A DNA stretch of 64,000 nucleotides from Hyphomicrobiales bacterium (GTDB lineage: Bacteria > Pseudomonadota > Alphaproteobacteria > Rhizobiales > TMED25): NCBI GenBank assembly GCA_029245795.1, contig JAQWOP010000018.1, positions 44,733 through 108,732 of the forward strand, written 5' to 3'. The notes below the pieces were generated by a model, which ran no database searches, was not told the origin of the DNA, and saw only the letters and a program-made list of their open reading frames with translations. Of this stretch, positions 14,385 through 23,159 are shown one piece after another. A program made the translations under genes and the position numbers. Within the stretch, counting starts at the first letter, position 1. Each line of letters opens with the position of its first letter.

Positions 14385-15377
14385 ATGAAAACTAAAACAA
14401 TAAACTTATATGAAACTGGTGGACCAGATAATATGATATGGGAAGATGTTAATCTTCCGGAACCTTCAAAGGGCGAGGTTCTTCTTAAGCATGAATTTGT
14501 AGGTTTTAATATGATTGATACTTATCATCGGTCAGGTATTTATTCTACACCAAATAAGCCATGCGGTTTAGGAACAGAGGCATCAGGAATTATTGAAAAG
14601 ATTGGAGATGGTAACACGGATGAGGGTTATAATGTAGGAGATAGAGTTGCGTATGCAGGTAGTGGGAATGGTTTGGGAGCTTATTCTTATAGAAGAATAA
14701 TAAAATCAAAAGATTTAATTAAAATACCTGATTGGATGGGCTTGGATATTGCAGCCGCTGTATTAACAAAAGGTAGGACAGTAGAATATCTTTTCAATAG
14801 AACGCATAAATTAAAAGCAAATGAATATATATTATTCCATGCAGCAGCGGGTGGAGTCGGTCAAATTGCAGGACAATGGGCAAATTCAATTGGTGCAATA
14901 GCAATTGGTGTTGTTGGAAGCAAAGAAAAAGAGCAGTATGCAAAAAAATGTGGTTATCAATATGTATTTAATATAGAAGACGATGATATTTTATTTGAGA
15001 TAATGAATATTACAAATAATAAAGGTGTAGACGTTGTTTATGACTCAGTTGGTCTTACTTCATGGGATATTTCGCTTGCCTGTGTCAAAAAATTAGGCTT
15101 AGTAGTCAGTTTTGGAAGCGCCTCCGGTAATCCTCCTATGTACGACATCGCAAAAGATGGTGTTAAAAATTCTGCATATATCCATAGAGCTACAATGGTG
15201 AATTATATGACTTCCAGTGATATTTCGAATGATAGTGCATTAAGAGTTTTTGAAAAAATAAAAGATAAAGAAATTCAATTAAATTTAAATAAAAATTATA
15301 CTCTAAAAGATGTGATAAGAGTTCATAAAGACGCAGAGGCAAGAAAAACAATAGGGCAGATAGTTATGAAAGTTTAG
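14385..15377 (+). CDS. qor: NADPH:quinone oxidoreductase (zeta-crystallin/MDR family)
   Basis: TGGPD, N.IDTYHRSG, HAAAGGVG, DVVYDSVG, FGSASG. Confidence 0.85.
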   Translation: MKTKTINLYETGGPDNMIWEDVNLPEPSKGEVLLKHEFVGFNMIDTYHRSGIYSTPNKPCGLGTEASGIIEKIGDGNTDEGYNVGDRVAYAGSGNGLGAYSYRRIIKSKDLIKIPDWMGLDIAAAVLTKGRTVEYLFNRTHKLKANEYILFHAAAGGVGQIAGQWANSIGAIAIGVVGSKEKEQYAKKCGYQYVFNIEDDDILFEIMNITNNKGVDVVYDSVGLTSWDISLACVKKLGLVVSFGSASGNPPMYDIAKDGVKNSAYIHRATMVNYMTSSDISNDSALRVFEKIKDKEIQLNLNKNYTLKDVIRVHKDAEARKTIGQIVMKV

Positions 15378-16402
15378 ATATATTTTTTAAAAGTATTAAG
15401 ATTTTTTATAGAGGGTTCCAGCTCTCCTAGATGGATTTTTTTAGTAATTTTGACAATTTGCTCATTAATTGAAGTATCTATGCCTTTGTCTTTGCCTAAT
15501 TCTACAACAAGCCCATTAATTTCATCTACTTCACTATATCTACCTTTCAAATGATCGTGAAAAACAGCATCTCTTGCATTTGGCCCAATATCTTTTATTA
15601 ATTTATCTAACATTAACTCAATAGGGTTATTTGAATTACTAATTTGATCTTCTTTAAGACCAAATATAGGTACAATCTTGTAACCATTCTTTTGTCCGAC
15701 TAAAAGAGCCTCAGTTCCAATCTTCATAACTAGCTCTCGCATTCCTGGGATTTTAAATCCTTCGTACAAGTTTGAACCAAGCATTGCAAAAGGGCCCATG
15801 CACATTGCGTTAATTATTAACTTCATCCACTTTGCTGATATTATATCCTCAACAACATCAACATTACCAACAGAAGAAAGAATTTGTTTTACTTCATTTA
15901 AACGGGGCACAATAGGATCTGAGAGTGCACCAATTCCAAACCAAGTTTTCGATTGCGGGGTATCTCTTTGAATTATACCTGGTGTGAATAATTCTGAGGA
16001 TAATTCAACAACACAACCCAAAGTTCTGTTAGGCCCTATAATGTCTGAAATTCTTTGAGCAGTCATTGCATTTTGGACACCTATCATCAGACCGGTATCA
16101 CTTAAATAGGGTCTTATTAGTTGCGTCATCCATGCTGTATCATATGCTTTAACAAAAAGGAAAACATAATCAAATTTTGCATTCATCTCAGCTAGTTTAC
16201 ATAAATGATAGGCATCAACATTGACCTGTTTAGTTTCTTCAGGAAAATTTATTGTTAATCCATTTTTATTCATAGAGTTAACATGATCTGGCCACTGATC
16301 AATTAACATCACATCGTAACCATCTTGCGTAATATCAGCAGCTGCACAACTACCATTGGCCCCAGTTCCTAGTATTAAAATTTTTTTATTTGAAAGATCC
16401 AT
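15374..16402 (-). CDS. Ketopantoate reductase (ApbA/PanE) family protein
   Basis: GTGANG Rossmann motif, VKAYDT, QN, W.KLIIN, SEVDEING. Confidence 0.8.
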   Translation of the reverse strand: MDLSNKKILILGTGANGSCAAADITQDGYDVMLIDQWPDHVNSMNKNGLTINFPEETKQVNVDAYHLCKLAEMNAKFDYVFLFVKAYDTAWMTQLIRPYLSDTGLMIGVQNAMTAQRISDIIGPNRTLGCVVELSSELFTPGIIQRDTPQSKTWFGIGALSDPIVPRLNEVKQILSSVGNVDVVEDIISAKWMKLIINAMCMGPFAMLGSNLYEGFKIPGMRELVMKIGTEALLVGQKNGYKIVPIFGLKEDQISNSNNPIELMLDKLIKDIGPNARDAVFHDHLKGRYSEVDEINGLVVELGKDKGIDTSINEQIVKITKKIHLGELEPSIKNLNTFKKYI

Positions 16403-16439
16403 TATTTATGAATTTATTGATTTAGAATAGAAGTTTAGA

Positions 16440-17174
16440 CTAGTAGTCTATTTTTTTTTCTTGCCAATCAATTATATATCCATTCTGAAGAGAATCAACG
16501 TTATTAATAATATTCATAAGATATCCAGCAGCTTCATCTTTTGTGAATATTTTCTTATTTCTCATTTTTTCAGTAAATGGGCTCGATAGTTTTGTATCAA
16601 CAGTTCCGGGGTGTATTCCAATACAAATAGCATTCTTATTTGTATATGCAAGTTCTAAAGATAACGTTTTAATTAACATATTTAAGGCAGCTTTAGATGA
16701 TCTATAACTATACCAACCGCCTAGACTATTATCTGATATGCTTCCTAATCTTGCAGAAAGGAATGCAATTATAGAAGTATGATTTTTATTTAATAATGGT
16801 GAAAAATATTTTGATATTAGAAATGGACTAAAAGTATTTATTTTGAATATTTCATTAAGATAGTCATAATTAATTTCTCTGAATGTTCTCTCTGGCTTAT
16901 AATTTCCAACATGTAGTAACCCAGTTGCATTAATAATTATATCCAAATTATTATATTTTTTTTGTATTTCTTCTGCACAAGAGAATATTGAATTATCATC
17001 TAACATATCCATCTCGAACTGATTAGAATGTTTTTTTGTTCTAACAATTTCTATTACCTCATTTGTAACATCTAAATTATAAATTTTATTTATAATTGCA
17101 GATCCTATTCCACCGTTTGCGCCAATAATAGCTATTTTTGCATTCTTAAAACGCTGATAATTTTCTTTTTTCAT
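16440..17174 (-). CDS. SDR oxidoreductase, CsgA (C-factor)-like
   Basis: GANGGIG, SARLGSISDN.LGGWYSYRSSKAALN, HPGTVDT. Confidence 0.9.
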   Translation of the reverse strand: MKKENYQRFKNAKIAIIGANGGIGSAIINKIYNLDVTNEVIEIVRTKKHSNQFEMDMLDDNSIFSCAEEIQKKYNNLDIIINATGLLHVGNYKPERTFREINYDYLNEIFKINTFSPFLISKYFSPLLNKNHTSIIAFLSARLGSISDNSLGGWYSYRSSKAALNMLIKTLSLELAYTNKNAICIGIHPGTVDTKLSSPFTEKMRNKKIFTKDEAAGYLMNIINNVDSLQNGYIIDWQEKKIDY

Positions 17175-17193
17175 ATTAAGTTTCCGTTATAAT

Positions 17194-17219
17194 AACGATA
17201 TATATACGATATAAGTTTA
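17194..17219 (-). promoter_or_regulatory. Candidate RpoE-dependent promoter for the CsgA-like SDR
   Basis: Minus strand reads TAAACT-N16-CGTT, ending 19 nt before the ATG; same motif and spacing as upstream of rpoE. Confidence 0.5.
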
Positions 17220-17233
17220 ATTTATATTTTATT

Positions 17234-17259
17234 TAAACTATTTTACATAACAAAACGTA
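17234..17259 (+). promoter_or_regulatory. Candidate autoregulatory RpoE promoter
   Basis: TAAACT-N16-CGTA; resembles the TGATCC...CGTA promoter of ChrR-controlled ECF sigma factors. Confidence 0.55.
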
Positions 17260-17300
17260 CTTAATTAGTTGCGGGTATGTGACAAAGCTGAAAATAAATA

Positions 17301-17849
17301 ATGTTTGAAATAGACAAGGAATTTATTAAAAAATTTCAAATCAACAAAAACGCTAATGATTTTGAAGTTGTATTTAGGTATTACGCGCCAAGAATAAAGT
17401 CTTTGCTAATTAAAGGTGGTGCTGACGTTGCTCAAGCTGAGGATGTGATGCATGATACCATGATAAATGTGTGGGAAAAATTACATATGTATAATGCAGA
17501 TAAAGGCTCATTTAGTGCATGGATATACACAATAGCAAGAAATAATAGGATTGATTTATTAAGAAAAAAATCGTCTAAGCCATATACAGATATAAATGAA
17601 ATAGAGATTGCTTCTGAGAATGATGATGGACAAGTTATAGCTGAAAAAAAATCAATATCATTACATGTAAAAAATGCAATTAATTTGCTCCCAATAAAAC
17701 AAAGAAAAGTTATTGAGCTTTCATTCATGAATGATATGACCCAAGATGAGATTGCTTCAAAATTAGAGATTCCGATTGGAACAGTAAAATCACGTATGAG
17801 GTTAGCATATCAAAAAATGAAAGATAACTTGAAGGAAGTTGTGGCATGA
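17301..17849 (+). CDS. rpoE: ECF sigma factor RpoE (ChrR-controlled, ECF11-like)
   Basis: YAPRIK, AEDVM, SAWIYTIARN.RID..R region 2; IPIGTVKSRMRLA region 4; overlaps chrR. Confidence 0.93.
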   Translation: MFEIDKEFIKKFQINKNANDFEVVFRYYAPRIKSLLIKGGADVAQAEDVMHDTMINVWEKLHMYNADKGSFSAWIYTIARNNRIDLLRKKSSKPYTDINEIEIASENDDGQVIAEKKSISLHVKNAINLLPIKQRKVIELSFMNDMTQDEIASKLEIPIGTVKSRMRLAYQKMKDNLKEVVA

Positions 17850-18502
17850 AAAATCATCCAGATTTATCAACATTATTAGCATATTCAAGCGGAACTCTGA
17901 GGACACCTTTTGCATTACTTGTTTCATCACATATAGAGAAGTGTCATGAATGTAGTGGATTGTATAATCTTGGCCATGAAATAGGCGGTAAGCTTATAGA
18001 AGAAATAGAAACGAGTGATGTTGAAGAAAGTGATTATAGTATTTTTCTAGAGAAGTTAGATAAGGAATCTAAGAAAAATAAAATAAACGATAAGGGTTAT
18101 GATTTTAATAGAAAATCACTTATTCCAGGGGTACTCCAACCTTATATTGGTCAAGATCTTGAGGATATTAAATGGTCCTTTTTAGCATTTGGAATTAAAA
18201 AGTGCCAAGTAAAAGTTGGGGATGGAGAAGATAATTTACTCACACTTCTAAAAATCAAATCAAATAAAAAAATTCCAGAACACGGCCATACAGGTAGTGA
18301 ATTAACTTTAGTTCTACAAGGTTCATTTGATGACGAGCATGGATCATATAAAGTTGGTGATATTGCAGAACATAACGGTGAATCAAAACATCAGCCTTTT
18401 GTGTCTTCAAAAGAGGATTGTATTTGTATAATTTCTACAGATGGTCCCTTGATTTTTAATAATTATTTAGCTAATAAGCTTCAATCATTCATTCGCATAT
18501 AA
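17846..18502 (+). CDS. chrR: Anti-sigma factor ChrR (zinc ASD plus cupin)
   Basis: HP..LLAYSSG, HIEKCHEC (HxxxCxxC), cupin PEHGHTGSELTLVLQGSF...HQP. Confidence 0.94.
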   Translation: MKNHPDLSTLLAYSSGTLRTPFALLVSSHIEKCHECSGLYNLGHEIGGKLIEEIETSDVEESDYSIFLEKLDKESKKNKINDKGYDFNRKSLIPGVLQPYIGQDLEDIKWSFLAFGIKKCQVKVGDGEDNLLTLLKIKSNKKIPEHGHTGSELTLVLQGSFDDEHGSYKVGDIAEHNGESKHQPFVSSKEDCICIISTDGPLIFNNYLANKLQSFIRI

Positions 18503-19276
18503 ATGCTAAATAATTGGAAATCTGTATGGATTACTGGTGCTAGTTCAGGTATTGGGTATAGCTTAGCAAAAATTTTGGCAAATTCTGGTTCTCTTGTAGC
18601 TGTATCAGCAAGAAGAAAAGATAAATTAATAGAGTTGGGATCATTAAATGATAATATCATTCCAATCGATCTTGATGTTGGAGATGTTGCTCAAGTTAAA
18701 GATAAGTATAATGAAATAGTTGAAAAGTTTGATGATGGCATAGATTTGGTAATATTAAATGCGGGGGTTAGTAAATTATTTAGTGTTGAAGATATAGAAG
18801 ATAGATATAACGATATTATAAATACCATGGAGATCAACTATTTTGGTGTGATAAATTGTCTGACAGCAATAATTCCAGATATGATAAAAAGAGGAAAAGG
18901 GCATATCGCTATTGTTGCGTCTATAGCGGGTTATCGGGGATTGCCAAATTCAATTGCGTATAGCCCAACAAAAGCTGCTTTAATTAATTTGGCGGATATA
19001 TTGAAATCCGAACTCACGCATTATGGGATTGAGGTTTCTATTATAAATCCAGGTTTTGTTGATACTGAAGCAACAAAAGTTAATAATTTTAAGATGCCCA
19101 ATCTTGTTTCTACAGATTATGCTGCAAAAAAGATTATTCAAGGTCTTAATAAAGTAAAATATGAAATACATTTCCCTTTTTTATTATCATTTAAACTCAA
19201 ATTAATGAGACTTCTGCCTCACAAGTTATACTTCTATATAATTAAGAAATTTATTTGGAAAAAAACCTCAAGATAG
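18503..19276 (+). CDS. SDR oxidoreductase co-transcribed with rpoE-chrR
   Basis: WITGASSGIG, LNAG, SIAGYRGLP..AYSPTKAA, NPGFVDT. Confidence 0.9.
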   Translation: MLNNWKSVWITGASSGIGYSLAKILANSGSLVAVSARRKDKLIELGSLNDNIIPIDLDVGDVAQVKDKYNEIVEKFDDGIDLVILNAGVSKLFSVEDIEDRYNDIINTMEINYFGVINCLTAIIPDMIKRGKGHIAIVASIAGYRGLPNSIAYSPTKAALINLADILKSELTHYGIEVSIINPGFVDTEATKVNNFKMPNLVSTDYAAKKIIQGLNKVKYEIHFPFLLSFKLKLMRLLPHKLYFYIIKKFIWKKTSR

Positions 19277-19281
19277 ATGGA

Positions 19282-20436
19282 CTACCTTGGGGTTAATTTG
19301 AATATACTAATAAATATAGTTTCTTCAGAGAAGCCTGCTTCGCAATACGATAAATAGTAATTCCATATTCTTTTAAATTTTTCATCATATCCCATGTTTT
19401 TTAATGAGGGCCATTTATTATTAAATTTTTCTCTCCATAAAGCTAGTGTTTCCACATAGGAAGGATTTAAATCTTCAATAATTTCAACTTTTAAACCTGC
19501 ATCGTGAGCTTCATTAATTAAGAGATCTTTACTAGGTAAAAATCCCCCAGGAAAGATATACTTTTGAATAAAGTCAACTTGTTTGCTGTACTCATCATAT
19601 TTCTCATTGGCTATAGTAATACCTTGAATGATTGCGTGCCCATCATCTTTAAGGCATTCTTTTATTTTTTTTAAATATAAGGGGAGGTATTTTTTACCAA
19701 CTGCTTCAATCATTTCAATTGAAATGATTTTATTATAGGTTTCGGTTATATTTCTATAATCTTTAAGGACAAAATTACATTTATTATTAGATTCTTTTAG
19801 CTCAAGATTTTTTGCAAATATTAATTGTTCTTTTGAAATTGTTATAGCGTCTAAATCAATTTCATTAATATTAAATAGATATTGAGATAGTGTTCCCCAA
19901 CCACACCCAATTTCTAATAATTTCTCATTATCATTTAAATATAAGTAATCATTGAGTTTCTTGAATTTATTTTCTTGTGCCTCTTCTAATGTTTTGTGTT
20001 TTTTTTCAAAATGTGCACTTGAATATTGCATGGTATCATCGAGCCATGTCTCAAAGAAATCATTTCCCATATCATAATGGACGCGAATATTTCTTTTTGA
20101 TCCTCGTAAAGTATTTTGCCTCAGAATATGGGAAAGGTATGAAATATTAAGATTAAATATTTTAAAGGGGAGCATCCTATCAAAATTTTTCTTATTTCTG
20201 ATATAGAAAATAAAAAAATCTGTCAAGTTATTGCACTCAATATCACCATTTATGAAGCAATCACCAAATGCATTAGGGCCACTTAGGAAATAATTTCTAA
20301 CTATCTTATAATTATTAAATTTTATCTCTAAAGGAGTTGCTTCTGAGCCAATTAAATAGTGGGATTTATCAGGAAATATTAAGTTAATTGATCCTTCTGG
20401 CCTCCAATCAAATAATTTTAATATATATTTCTTCAT
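19282..20436 (-). CDS. cfa: Cyclopropane-fatty-acyl-phospholipid synthase family methyltransferase (UfaM-like)
   Basis: NIRVHYDMGNDFF, LEIGCGWG, SIEMIEAVG, FIQKYIFPGG, YYLSYCEAGF. Confidence 0.92.
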   Translation of the reverse strand: MKKYILKLFDWRPEGSINLIFPDKSHYLIGSEATPLEIKFNNYKIVRNYFLSGPNAFGDCFINGDIECNNLTDFFIFYIRNKKNFDRMLPFKIFNLNISYLSHILRQNTLRGSKRNIRVHYDMGNDFFETWLDDTMQYSSAHFEKKHKTLEEAQENKFKKLNDYLYLNDNEKLLEIGCGWGTLSQYLFNINEIDLDAITISKEQLIFAKNLELKESNNKCNFVLKDYRNITETYNKIISIEMIEAVGKKYLPLYLKKIKECLKDDGHAIIQGITIANEKYDEYSKQVDFIQKYIFPGGFLPSKDLLINEAHDAGLKVEIIEDLNPSYVETLALWREKFNNKWPSLKNMGYDEKFKRIWNYYLSYCEAGFSEETIFISIFKLTPR

Positions 20437-21216
20437 TTATTTAATTATATCAATTTCATTAAAATAAAAAATTTGAGATTTAGGTGCTTTCGGTTTCTTC
20501 TTTAATTTAAGTCCTTTAAAAAGGAGTTTAATCGCTTCAAAATGTATAGCTGCTATTACTTTAAAGGTAAGCAAGGCATTATTCGTTAGAGAACGAATTA
20601 AATCTTTATCAGATAGATCTATTTTTCTACTTGTAAAAAAAGCCTTCAAAATAGGTTTTTCATCTACTTGAAGATTAATTCCTATATTAAATATTTCGTC
20701 ATTATTGGTTATATGGAATGAATAAATACCAGTATTCCCATTGAATGGTGATATGAATAATTTCTTTTCACACTTTTGGTAGATTGTTTTTTCTATATTA
20801 TCAGTAACTGGGATAACATAAATGACACGCTGACCAAAAGTATTATTCACCTCATAAACCATAACTTCTATTGAGTCATTTTCATTAAATCCAATATAAA
20901 CCGTAATTGGGTTAAATACATAACCAAGAACACGAGGGTACGCTATCATAGAAAAACGTTTTATAGGGTTTCTTGTTTTTGTGTTATTTCGAATTTTTTT
21001 TAGGAAGTCACCTATGGAAGATTCATCTCCATGGTCCTTATCAAAGATACTTAGAAGGTTAAATTTATTATAGGAGAAAATTTTTGATTTTTTTAATACT
21101 TCATCCAGATTATCGCAGTCAATCATTACAGCAAAAACATTATAATTTAGCTTATGCTGAATGGGGAAGACTCTTTTATGGAAAACTTTTCCAACAAGTA
21201 TTTTATTATAATTCAT
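20437..21216 (-). CDS. DUF1365 family protein (UfaO-like)
   Basis: HKR..P..H, PRVLGYVFNPIT, EVNNTFG.R, ISPF, IHFEA. Confidence 0.9.
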   Translation of the reverse strand: MNYNKILVGKVFHKRVFPIQHKLNYNVFAVMIDCDNLDEVLKKSKIFSYNKFNLLSIFDKDHGDESSIGDFLKKIRNNTKTRNPIKRFSMIAYPRVLGYVFNPITVYIGFNENDSIEVMVYEVNNTFGQRVIYVIPVTDNIEKTIYQKCEKKLFISPFNGNTGIYSFHITNNDEIFNIGINLQVDEKPILKAFFTSRKIDLSDKDLIRSLTNNALLTFKVIAAIHFEAIKLLFKGLKLKKKPKAPKSQIFYFNEIDIIK

Positions 21217-21239
21217 AATACGCTAATACAAATTTCCTA

Positions 21240-22544
21240 TTAATTAGCTAGCCTATTCCAGCTTTCATCTGTTGTCCATGGTCTATTACGTTTAGAAATA
21301 TCCTCAGCGACCAGAAGACCGCTTTGTATACCATCTTCATGAAATCCATACCCAAGGAAACTTCCGCAAATCCATATATTATTGTCACCTTGTTTTTGAA
21401 GAATTTTATCTTTTAAAGCTCTATTCTTAATATCAAAAATTGGGTGGCTAAATTTTATTACTTTATGAATACAGTCTTCTCTTATTTTTTTATGAGGATT
21501 TAAGGTTAGAAAAAAATTTAAATCTGTTCTTAGTTTTTGGATACTATTTAACCAATATGTAATGGATAAATTATCACTACCTTTTATATTATCTTTTTTT
21601 ATATAATTCCAACTAGACCATAACTTTTTTGTTTTAGGCATCTGTGAAGCATCATTGTGGAGTATGGCCATATTTTCTTGATATTCAAATTTTTCTAAAA
21701 TTTTTGCAAGTTCTGGATTTAGTGGTTTGATTATTTTACAACTTTCATTTGCAGGGGTCGCAAAAATCAATTTATCAAAGGACTCTTTTTCTCCATCTCC
21801 AAAATATACCTCATATTTATTACCGTCTTTTTTAATCTCTGTAATTTCTGTATTTAATTTTGTATCAAAAGAACTACTATTAAGTATTCCATCTACATAT
21901 CTCATACTTCCACCTATTATTGACTTCCAGAGTGGCCTTTTGGATATTTTAAATAACCCATGATTGGCAAAGAATCTAACAAAATCAAATGCTGGATAGT
22001 CTAGCATCTTTTCAGGATTGCACGACCATATAGCACTACACATCGGAATAACATGATTCTGAATAAAATAATCAGGATACTTTTCTGATCTTAAGAATTC
22101 TTCTAATGAAGTATTTTTATTATAGTTTACTATATTTTTTTCTGCACTTAAGTAAAATTTTCTAATATTTATAAGTTGTTTCCAATGTTGGTAATTTAAC
22201 AAATTTTTGATTTGTCCAAAATACCCTATTAAACCAGATCCCGAGTATTCATAATTTAAAGAGTCAATTGAAAGAGAGAAACTCATATTTGAACTATAAG
22301 AATTAATTTCTAGATTATCAAATAATTTTAATAGATTTGGATAATTTTCATCATTGAAAACCATAAATCCTGTATCTATAAATATTTCATTATTATTATC
22401 TCTTACTTTGACAGTATGAGCATGACCTCCGAGATAATCATTTTTTTCAAAAAGTACGACGTTACTCTCTTTAGATAAATGCCATGCAGCTGATAATCCT
22501 GAAATACCACCTCCAATAATTCCTATTTTTTCAGTTTTATTCAT
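21240..22544 (-). CDS. FAD-dependent oxidoreductase, amine-oxidase-like (UfaD-like)
   Basis: GGGISGL, GGHAHT, DTGFMVFN..NYPN, WSSWNY, GYGFHEDG. Confidence 0.9.
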   Translation of the reverse strand: MNKTEKIGIIGGGISGLSAAWHLSKESNVVLFEKNDYLGGHAHTVKVRDNNNEIFIDTGFMVFNDENYPNLLKLFDNLEINSYSSNMSFSLSIDSLNYEYSGSGLIGYFGQIKNLLNYQHWKQLINIRKFYLSAEKNIVNYNKNTSLEEFLRSEKYPDYFIQNHVIPMCSAIWSCNPEKMLDYPAFDFVRFFANHGLFKISKRPLWKSIIGGSMRYVDGILNSSSFDTKLNTEITEIKKDGNKYEVYFGDGEKESFDKLIFATPANESCKIIKPLNPELAKILEKFEYQENMAILHNDASQMPKTKKLWSSWNYIKKDNIKGSDNLSITYWLNSIQKLRTDLNFFLTLNPHKKIREDCIHKVIKFSHPIFDIKNRALKDKILQKQGDNNIWICGSFLGYGFHEDGIQSGLLVAEDISKRNRPWTTDESWNRLAN

Positions 22545-22574
22545 GCCTAAATAATCTACCTATTTTAATAAAAT

Positions 22575-22600
22575 TGATCTATGCTGTATTTGTATACGTT
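22575..22600 (+). promoter_or_regulatory. Candidate RpoE-dependent promoter for the DUF2177 gene
   Basis: TGATCT-N16-CGTT, ending 28 nt before the ATG. Confidence 0.55.
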
Positions 22601-22628
22601 AAATATTTAACTATCAAACGGTATAATT

Positions 22629-23039
22629 ATGTCAAAGTACTTCCTAACATATATTATTGTCTTAACAATTTTTTTGGCTATTGATGCTATTTGGTTAGGA
22701 TTTATTGCAAAGAAATTTTATTTTAATAATCTGGGATATATTTTAGCAGAAAGACCAAATATGTTGGCTGCTGGGTTATTTTATTCTTTATATGTAATTG
22801 GTATTCTAATATTTTCGACGATTCCTGCTTTAAGAGAGAATTCTACTTCAATAGCAATAATTTATGGAGCTTTATTTGGTTTTTTTGCATACCTAACTTA
22901 TGATATGACAAATTATTCAACAATAAAAGATTGGCCATTACAAGTTGTATTTGTAGATACTATATGGGGTACTTTTTTAACAGCCACATCCTCTTATCTT
23001 GGCTATCTTATTTCAAAATCATTTCTCTCTTTTCAATAA
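22629..23039 (+). CDS. DUF2177 family membrane protein
   Basis: IDAIWLG, GALFG...Y.TYDMTN.ST.KDWP...VDT.WG; about 4 hydrophobic segments. Confidence 0.88.
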   Translation: MSKYFLTYIIVLTIFLAIDAIWLGFIAKKFYFNNLGYILAERPNMLAAGLFYSLYVIGILIFSTIPALRENSTSIAIIYGALFGFFAYLTYDMTNYSTIKDWPLQVVFVDTIWGTFLTATSSYLGYLISKSFLSFQ

Positions 23040-23159
23040 CTGGTTTCAATAATAAGTTATCTTGTAAAGATTAATTTGTTTATGAAGGAAAGTTATGAAA
23101 TAATATTTTAATCCTTTGAAGAGAATTTATATAGATATTAATTTTGGAGATTTATAAAG

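Noticed and set aside
21213-21250. GCGTA (-10-like) just upstream of DUF1365 on the minus strand
   Set aside because: Only 2 nt from the ATG and no matching -35 box at a 16-nt spacing
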